A DNA stretch of 64,000 bases from Hydrolagus affinis (taxonomy: Eukaryota), in the NCBI GenBank assembly GCA_012026655.1, contig JAAILG010000304.1:1-64000 (forward strand). Direction: 5' to 3'. Positions 55,225-64,000 of the stretch are shown one piece after another (positions within the stretch are counted from its first letter, which is position 1; every line of letters starts with the position of its first letter). The position numbers and the translations under genes are program-made. A model generated the notes under the pieces. The model was not told where the DNA came from. It made no database searches and worked only from the letters and a program-made list of their open reading frames with translations.

Positions 55225-55722
55225 TCCAGCTAATCCAAAACTCTGCCGCCCGCATACTCACCTGCTCCAACCTTCACTCCCCCATTACCCCAGTCCTTGC
55301 CAGACTTCACTGGCTCCCTATCCCAGAGAGGATCGACTTCAAGATCCTCACCCTTGTTTTCAAATCCCTCCACTCCTCTGCACCCCACTATCTCTCTGAT
55401 CTCCTCTCCCCCCAAACCAGAACCAGCTGCCTTCTCTCCTCTAGGTCTGGCCTCCTCCATGTCCCCCGAATCCTCCGCTCCACCCTCAGCGCCGTGCCTT
55501 CAGGCAGTGCGCCCTGAGGCTCTGGAACTCCCTTCGTCATTCCCTTCACCTCGCCCCCTCTTCCCAGTTTCAGGTCACAGTTGAAGACCTTTCTCTTCAA
55601 CTGCACTTTTGGTCACCTTTCTGCCCCTGTCCCTGGCTCGGTCCCGGGATCCACTATTGTGAAGCGCTCTACGCCGTCCAGCGTGGAGGGCGCTATATAA
55701 ATCGAAGTTGTTGTTGTTGTTG
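55225..55722 (+). mobile_element. L2 LINE 3' fragment with (GTT)n tail
   Basis: LIQNSAARIL..PITPVLARLHWLPIPERIDFKILTL; ends ggagggcgctatataaatcgaag(ttg)n. Confidence 0.85.
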
Positions 55723-56909
55723 AAACTTTGAAAGAGATTGTGTCCACAATTTTATTTCATTGTTACTTTAGCAAGACAGCACAGCAGTACATGAAGACCT
55801 ATTTAATTATTGTTAACTGTTTTTTCAGTTCTTTTCAGTGCACCAAAATGTTTCATAATTACATTTTTCCAATATAGTGATTCCAGTGTGTTTATTTCTG
55901 GATATTTTTTCCATAATTGAATTTATTTCAAAATAATCTATAGCAGACAATCATTTTGTGTAATATATTCTGAAGAAAATGATTTAGAAGCCATGCATCC
56001 CACAAGCTACAAAATAAATCTAGTATTGTGGTATAAGGTTACATGATACTTGGGGTAGTGGAGTCATAAGTGCAGCAACATAACTCATGTTCATGGTTGC
56101 TCAGAAAAAATATGTTGCAGGTATTCTGAGTCAATAACTAATTTCTGATGTTGATGTCTATCATCTAAGCTTCATTATTTCTCTGCCTGGAAACCACAAC
56201 AGGGACTGAGGTATTCTTAGGAGTTGTAGAAAGCCTACATTAGTACTGTATTGCCCTTTTATCAGAAGTGAGTTGTCCTCTACGCAACATCCCTATTAAT
56301 ATTCCTTTTATGATCTTGACAAATTTGGTCTCTGCAGAATTGTTGTAGCAGAAGCGTGTTATGATTATGTTATGATTGTGTTAAGATTATGTTATACTTG
56401 GTGGAAGCTATTGTGATCCTCCTTTACATTTGATACCTGAGAGAACCATTTCTTTATGCATAACTGAGCTTCCATTTGTAGCCTACTGAGCCTGAGAATG
56501 TGGACTGGATTGACTTTAAATAGTTTCTTACTTTTTAGAAAACAAACACTAGTAAGAGGCAGTGATATCTCCAATTACATAAAACAAGTTAAAGAACCCT
56601 TGTAAAATAGAACTGGCAGTGCTATAGCTCTCATTTCCCTCTCGTTGTGGGTCAATGCTTGCCCTCCATTTGGCAACTGTCCACATTGGCATGATTGAAG
56701 TCAGGAGCTCATTGTGATACAGGGGTGCAGCCCTGTATCCAATCAGTGTGTGATAGCAAGTTGCAGCAGAAAGTATCCCTCCAGGAAATGGTTGGCCAGG
56801 ACTGTTACTCTTCATAACAGTTTAATAGGCCTAATAGTTGACTTTGGAGTGTATTGAAAGCGTACAGTGGTCAAGTTTAACTAGGAAATAATCAGTTAGG
56901 GAGATTTGT

Positions 56910-57548
56910 AAACAACAACAAAATTACATTTGTATAGCACCTTTGATGTCGGGAGGACGTCCTAAGGTGCTGCACAGTTAGTGTTTCGGGCCAGAGTTGG
57001 GTTAGGGTTAGAGGAGGGTAGAAGAAAGCGAGGAAAGCGATGGGGGGGGCGATGGCACAGGGTTTTGAGGTAGGATTTGAAGGAGGCTAGGGAGTGGGCG
57101 AGGCAGAGGGATTGTGGGTGGAATTCCAAAGGTTGGAAGCAGAGTGGCTGAAGGCTCGCCCGCCTACCCTTGTAAAAAAGTACCATGGTAATGGTGGTAG
57201 TACCATGGTAGTACTATGGTAGTACCATGGTTATGGTGGTAGTACCATGGTACTACCACCATTACCATGGTACTTTTTTTTACAAGGGTAGAGTGGGGCA
57301 GGTGGGTCGGGGGACATGGAGCAGGCTGGAATCTGCTGAGTGGAGGGAGCGGGCAGGTTTGTAGGGGGTTAGAAGGTTGCAAAGGTACGGTGGGGAGGCA
57401 ATGGAGGGCTTTGAAGGTGAGGACCAGGATCTTGAATTGAATTCTCTGAGTGATGAGGAGCCAGTGGAGTCGGGCAAGAATGGGAGTGAAAGGTTCGCAG
57501 AGCCTGGTGCGGAAGCGGACATGGGATGCAGAGTTCTGAATGATCTGT
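56910..57548 (-). mobile_element. L2 LINE 3' fragment interrupted by a MITE
   Basis: ORF 57164..57556 (-): LQIIQNSASHV...TPILARLHWLLITQRIQFKILVLTFKALH; (CAA)n tail at ~56910. Confidence 0.87.
57167..57288. mobile_element. 122-bp fold-back MITE with CCC...GGG termini
   Basis: TA|CCCTTGTAAAAAAGTACCATGGTAATGGTGGTAGTACCATGGTA ... TACCATGGTACTACCACCATTACCATGGTACTTTTTTTTACAAGGG|TA. Confidence 0.85.
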
Positions 57549-57569
57549 AAAGTCATTAGAGCTCTCGGA

Positions 57570-58230
57570 ATATGTCACAACATGTGATCTCCTAACATGT
57601 GATCTGGATTATCTTTATGATTTAAAACATATTGAGTCTTCTGTGGTTTTGTCATTGGGATTTATAATCTAATAACAACCATCAACTGCAATGATGTTAG
57701 AAGATCACACAAGTTTTGGGGGCAGAGAAAGTTGTTTGGCCCATATAATCTCATCTTTCCAGTACACCAACCCCACTATCTCTCCATGAACAAATCAAAC
57801 TACTGTATATTAGATGATTATTGCCATCTTTGTAAACGATACATCTTGATGTCTACCTCAACATCTCCCTTCACAATCCTGGTCCTGTCCTCTTATCTTA
57901 CTGCCTTTTTAAATCAAAGTACCATTTTCATTTTATTTTCTCTAGCCTTTGAGTATATAAATTCCTTTCTCAGATGTCTTTTTCCAGGGGCTTTAGTTAT
58001 CCAATCCTTTTACATAGCTTATCCCCCTAACATTGTGGAACAGTGTAGGCATTCAGCCCTATTTCATTGGATAGAAAGATTATATTTTATTCTCATTTCC
58101 CTACCTTTTCTACACAATTTTAATACCCATTCTTCCCAAGTAATTATTTATTACCATCTAAACATCACAACTGATTCTGCATCTATGGCTTCCTGTGATT
58201 ATATATTACACATTCTCACAGGTGTTCAGA
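57570..58230 (-). mobile_element. Degenerate CR1-like ORF2 fragments
   Basis: Pyrimidine-rich + strand typical of antisense LINE ORF2; weak motif remnants only. Confidence 0.4.
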
Positions 58231-58599
58231 ATCAGCCCTGTGAGGAGTTGCAATATGCGAAAATGCTAGGTGACGCAAGAGGGCCAAGATAAAGATTGTT
58301 ATTTTTCTAAATGTTGCAGGAGATGGAATGAATTTAAAATATTATTATAAGATTATAATTCTCTTTCACAAAACTGCAAATGAAAAACTTATCTGGTTCA
58401 GCATTTTTATAATTCCTTTTATAAGAGCATTTGGAAATTGGCACAATATAATGATCAAAACCATGAACATGTCTAAAAGATGCAAGGAACATATTTTTTT
58501 CAAAAGAGCTCATTTCTTAGCTGATGACAGAAAATAAAAAAAAGCATTGTTTATTTCATCCTCTGGATGAATTTAATAAATTATTAATAAATTATAATA

Positions 58600-59008
58600 A
58601 ATTGGTTACTTCAATCCATGACTGTTTGTGGGACACTGTTGTGCGCAATTGGCTGCCGCGTTTCGCCCACAGATATACAGTCAATTCACTTTACAATATA
58701 TTCTGTGAAGTGCTAGAAGATGTGAAAAGCGCTATATCAAATGCAAGGATTATTATTATAATTTATTGGCTCTGTTTTAAATTCCAATCTCACTGGTACT
58801 GATCTTTAAACTCCCTTATTGGGAAAAATTTGCTTTTGTCTTGGCCAGTCTGTTAGATGGAGCACCTTAGGTCAATGATCTAGTTCATCTTTAAATTCAG
58901 AGGATGAATTCAGTCATTTCACTTTACAGTATATTCTGTGAAGCGCTTTGAGATGTCTAAAAGATGTGAAAAGCTCTATATCAAATGCAAGGATTATTAT
59001 ATTATTGT
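58600..59008 (+). mobile_element. Two SINE 3' fragments (58600-58762, 58910-59008)
   Basis: Shared body and tail ..gtgaaaagc(g/t)ctatatcaaatgcaaggattattatt. Confidence 0.82.
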
Positions 59009-59485
59009 TCTCCTGATAATGTGGTGGGTAAAGGAGCATATTGAACTTGTTCTTTACTCCACCTATCTCCAGACCTTTGCTTCCTTCGCGTTGCCTGGAT
59101 AAAATTTGTCACACAGTTCACAGCTCAACAACAACAAATTTACACTTGTATAGCGCCTTTCACATCAGGAGGACATCCCAACGCCCTGGACAGTCACTGC
59201 TTCAGACCCGTGCTGATGTGTATGACATTGCAGTCTGTTTACTATAATGTTGTATGAATTTAGCAGTGTACACAATCGGGTAAACTTGTTCATAGATATT
59301 TTGATATAACACTATTCCATCAACAATGTGAATGTGTACAGCAACACGTTTTGAACAGGTTTTGCAATAAGCCATTTTGCTAAATAGGGTAGGTAGATAA
59401 GCAGCATGTTTTACTAATGAGGTGATTTTTTTTTTATCATATAACACAGTAATAGCATAGTTTGTGCTTACCTACAAAATATACA

Positions 59486-59824
59486 GGAGTCCTGCAGCTC
59501 AGCGGTTAGAGCACTTACCTTACAAACGTGAGACTTGTGTTTCGAATCCAGGCAGGTCAGGCGAATTCTTGGGCAAGTTTCCATACTAATAATAGTCTGT
59601 CAAAAAAAACTATAAGAAAATGGACATTTCAATCCACGACTGCTTGGTGGGACACTGCTGTGTGCAATTGGCTGCGTGTTTCATCCACAAATATACAAAT
59701 ATACAGTCAATTCACTTTACACTATATTCTGTGAAGTGCTTTGAGATGTCTAGAAGACATGTAAAGCGCTTTGAGATGTCTAGAAGACATGTAAAGCGCT
59801 ATATCAAAATGCAAGGATTATTAT
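59486..59824 (+). mobile_element. Full-length tRNA-derived SINE with a 30-bp duplication in the tail
   Basis: ggagtcctgcagctcagcggttagagc...ttcgaatcc; gctttgagatgtctagaagacatgtaaagc occurs twice. Confidence 0.88.
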
Positions 59825-61789
59825 GGAGTCATTTCCCTTTATACTAAATCCTGTGAAGCAATTTGAGATGACCTCCCATTGTGAAAGATGGAATATCAAA
59901 TGCATAATATTGGGGGTTATTATATGAAGCTCTCAGGTGAATCACTTTCTCTGGATGGGTAAAACTGTCATTTTAATCAATAGACAAATTCTATAATGTG
60001 GAAAAAATCTGAAATATGGACATTTATTTTACTTCTAGCTCCTCATTTAGTTGTGAATTTTTTTGATTCTTCATTTTTTTAAAACAGTGCTGTTGAAAAT
60101 GCTTATGGAGAGGCCAGAAATAATATTCTCTGATTACCCTGTTTGCAATTCCCTATGTTGAATGCTTATTGTTTCTTTGATATGGTCATGGTAAGGTTTT
60201 TCAACCCACTCGAAGATAAGAAAGTACTGTATAGTGGTATTATTTCCCATTAGAAACACTCGAGAAAATTTTTGTTTACAAATCAAGTCACATTTGATAC
60301 CATTTGAACACTTTGCTGCATCACAGCTTCTTTTAAACTACAGCAGAAGATGATACCATTTGCCTTCAAGGGAGATGAAGAAACAAATTTAGGAAACCAT
60401 TCCCGTCATTTGATGTTGTTGTTTCTCCTCTTTCTTGTTCTCCAAGGATTTCTCGTGGTCTAAGGGAGCACGACTGCTTTCTGCATCTTATTCCCCGCCT
60501 GCCACGCATTGTGCTTTCTTTTAGCTTTCATGTATCAGCTTACATTGCACTGCGTCAAACATGACACGAATAGCTGCTTTCCCTTTCTCCGCTCTGACAG
60601 TCCCGGCTCTGTGTGCAGTCGAGCTTTCATGCCCAAGAGAGTTAAGGGAGCGAGCAGCACCAGTGATGGCTCACTATCTTGTTCAGCGTTAGTGAAATTA
60701 CTAGGAACTTGATTGGATTTATCAGTACAAAGAGCTGTAATATTCAGATCGCTGCCACTAATATTATCTGAGTCTGATCAGTGAAGCATGACCAGCAGTT
60801 CATGTTTGACTCTGAAGGGCATCTTATCAGGACACATGAATATAATTTGGGAGAGTTGGGGGTGGGGTGGGGAGGAGAGAGGAAACTGCTGTCTGCCTTC
60901 TGTTGGAGGAAAAACAGGAGAATTGCAGCTTACTGTACTTTCTAAGTTTGCTTACAATTACAGTGATCTATTTAATAACATTGTGGCTTTTTTGATAATC
61001 CTTTTGTTTGCGTAGCAATAACTTTATCTTTATATCACTCAATATTACTTTTACAAAACAAACATGGTATTGGTGCCTCATGCATACATATAGGTTACAA
61101 ATGCATTTACACTGATTTGCTTGTCTATGAACAATGCTGTTTATGAGTAGAGTAAAATGCCACCCACCTAATGGAGAAGCATTAAGTTTGAGATTACAGT
61201 AAGCTTGTACTTGATGGTCTTAGTTACTTTTTGAGTAGCCTGTTATTTGAATAGAGCAGCGGAGACAACCATACCAAGTGACTGACTAGAATAAAATGCA
61301 CACGTGAGTCTTTACATTCAGGATTCATGTCGTATAATTTACACTTCACTGTATTTTAATTTATTAGAATCTTTGCCTAAATTATTTTCAGAACAGCATA
61401 TTTTAAATCTCTAGACCTGTTATGGAGGCTGCTACTAACATTTCAAAATTTGTTACAGCAAAATTCAGACATTCGTAATGCAGACAGTGAGTTTCTGCTG
61501 TGCTGCTTTTCGAATGAGTTGCTCGGCTCACTTTGTTCAAAGTCAGGAATAAATGACTGCAGATCACCCATACCTCCCATGCTGTCAGCTGAACCTTGTG
61601 TATTACACAGATTAGAGTATTTGTGTCCATCAGGATGTTGGAATACAAGTACAGTATAAAGATCTTCAGGACAGCTTTGGTTTACATTGCATCAAATTCA
61701 GGGCAATGTAAAGTGACTTTTTGAAAGGAAAACGTTTCTGTCAATGACAGGTTCATCAACCTATTTTGCCCATCTTATTGCCCATCTAA

Positions 61790-62345
61790 TTTAAAACAAA
61801 GTGCGGTCTGTTATCTCCACAAATATCTGCCTTAACAGTCGCGTGCAGTGTGCCCCAGACCTCATCCTAAGACCTTTTGTTTTCCTCATGTACGTGCTTT
61901 CTCTTTCTAATGTCATCCGCAAGCGTAGAGTCTATTTCCACCCAACACGTATCAGTTTGGCTCTACCCATGACTCTCAACACCACTGCTTTTCTGACAGA
62001 CTGTGTGGCATACATAACACTGATAAAACTGAGGCTGTTCTGCTCAACTCCCAATATTACCTCCTGACTTCAAGCACTGAGTAAATCAGCCTCCACTAGG
62101 TAGTACAAAATCTCAGTATTTTAGTTTGCCTTTCCCCCCACCATTTCTCCTTCAAGCTTTCAGCCAAGCACCTCACTAGCCTTCCTAACTCTACCCTCCA
62201 CAAATTCCAGATTATCCTAAACTCCACAGCCTGCACTCTCTCCAGGCTCTCCATAGCCCCTTCCTTGGCATCGCTGCTACCTTACCTCCCAGTTGATTGA
62301 CTTTTAGATTCTTATTTTCGGCATCAAATGCCTCCAGTTATTCCC
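61790..62345 (+). mobile_element. Old L2 RT-domain fragment
   Basis: APDLILRPFVFLMYVLSLSNVIRKRRVYFH (cf. [29 protein letters not shown].FH), followed by LQII.NS and IDF.ILI remnants. Confidence 0.7.
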
Positions 62346-62549
62346 CTCCTCACTGTATGAAAGCTGTTACCCAAGTGCAAGTTCTTGTTGAAGTTGGTCG
62401 ATATTTCTACGGTTAACTTGGGAATATTATTGTGTAGTTTTTGTATTTGTTATTGTTGTTATTTGTTTTTACTTATAATGTATTCTTTATAGTCTTGTAC
62501 ATTATTCCAATTGGACTGTAAATACCGTTTAGTTTGAACTCCTACTTTT

Positions 62550-62656
62550 TCCCACACAATACACAGTCAATCCACTTTACAGTATATTTTGTGAAGCAGT
62601 TTGAGACGTCTCAACGATGTGATAAGACGCTATATCAAATGCAAGGATTATTATGA
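62550..62656 (+). mobile_element. SINE 3' tail
   Basis: cagtcaatccactttacagtatattttgtgaagc...aatgcaaggattattat. Confidence 0.82.
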
Positions 62657-63776
62657 TTAGTTTCAGAGTGATGGAGCCAGGATGCATCGAGTCATACTGT
62701 GCCAATTGCATTAGTTGTTGGAAAGCAGAGCTTTGTGTGTGCATTGTAAACACATGTGAAGAGCTCAGATCTCGAGTCTAACGACTCCTACAGATATTCT
62801 GTTCTGCTGCTCTCTTTTAATGTTAGAAACGTTAAAATGGATCAGCAGTATATCTGGACTCTTTTTATCTTCAATTGTAAGCTTTATGAAATTGGCTTTG
62901 CACGAGTTTCAGTTACATTTGAAACACAATAAGAACGCAAAAGGAATCTTGTAACAAGGAAAAAAAGTTCATTTTTATTGCGCCTTCATCATGCTGAAAT
63001 GTCTCAAAGTACAAGTAAATACTGTCAAATGAAGTGACCATTATTGCAAGCAAATTTTCTTAGCAATTTTGTGCATAGCAAAGTCCCACAAACAACCATG
63101 AGGTGAATGATTCATCAGCAAGAGGTAGTCCCGTCTCTTTTTCATTAGTGTCATGGGAACTTGGTTGTAACTTTTTTTGTCAGGAGGACAACAGCTCTTA
63201 ATGCAGCATACCCCCACTATTGCACCAAAATACTACTGACAGACTGTCAACCTCAAGCCCCCACCAAGCATAAAATGCCAAATTCTCTCTGGCTTCTACT
63301 TGGCTGCAGTTAATTGCGATTCTTGCATTGCTGTAAACCAGAATCTGTTTCACAATGACACAAGATATGCTGTTTAACTGCATTGTAAATTAAATTACTA
63401 GGCGTTTCTCATCTTCTGTAAGCAGTTCTACAATTGGATCAGCATTGATTGGTACTGTTCAATATATAACTTCCCAAGAATGAGAATAAAAATCAATGAT
63501 GTGCTGCATGGAGCCTTAAAGTGGTTTGATTTTTTTTAAAAAAATTTTAGCTGTGTTCTTCCAGGAATGAACTTGTAATTCTCAGCCGATTAGATTTGCT
63601 TGGTACTTTACTGATTGCTACGCAGAAAAAAAACTCTGATTCACAGACAGACAGTCTATTGCTATTATGTGAATGCTGATGTTCAAATCGCTCTGCAAGG
63701 TCAATTTGGAGCAGCATACAGAAGCACCCTTTCGTTCTTACATAAGTGGTCAGCATTCAGTGTGACATTAATATAT

Positions 63777-64000
63777 GTCCTGTAGTTCAGTGGGTAGAGC
63801 ACTCACCTTACAAGCATGAGACCTGTGTTCGAATCCAGGCAGGTCAGGGTGAAACCTTGGGCAACTTTCCTTCCTCCACACGCCTAATAATAATCCGTCC
63901 AAAAAAAAACCACAATAATAAAAAAAAATTGGGCATTTCAATCCATGACTGTTTGTGGGACACTGCTGTGTGCAATTGGGTGCTGTGCTTCGCCAACAAA
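63777..64000 (+). mobile_element. tRNA-derived SINE cut by the window end
   Basis: gtcctgtagttcagtgggtagagc...gttcgaatcc...ttgggcaactttcc...tgtgggacactgctgtgtgcaattgg. Confidence 0.88.

Noticed and set aside
57732-58292. 186-aa + strand ORF
   Set aside because: Lies antisense to a decayed LINE-like fragment; hydrophobic low-information composition with no domain.

Overview
This is eukaryotic vertebrate genomic DNA, AT-rich and mostly intronic. Its repeat content (tRNA-derived SINEs with L2-type tails, L2 and CR1 LINE relics, TA-flanked MITEs) suggests a cartilaginous fish, probably a holocephalan such as Callorhinchus; that assignment is inference. The only protein-coding sequence I can support is four + strand exons (37805-37922, 39439-39541, 40985-41100, 43423-43535; 450 nt, all GT-AG) of an LRBA/neurobeachin-family gene. 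They encode the end of the PH domain and the start of the BEACH domain, and diagnostic residues favour LRBA. The preceding >37.8 kb intron corresponds to the one that hosts the nested antisense MAB21L2 gene in other vertebrates. No MAB21L ORF lies inside the window, but the CpG-rich left end and many repeat-free, homeobox-motif-rich blocks look like its upstream regulatory landscape. Nearly all ORFs in the supplied track are spurious. No prokaryotic system, CRISPR array or functional RNA gene is supported. The main leads are: (1) a stop-free, phase0-phase0 450-nt exon block bracketed by near-identical inverted SINE tails, a candidate circRNA with an endless ORF; (2) a candidate poison exon with triplicated donor sites; (3) an unexplained perfect 36-bp direct repeat; (4) several nested or unusual MITEs.
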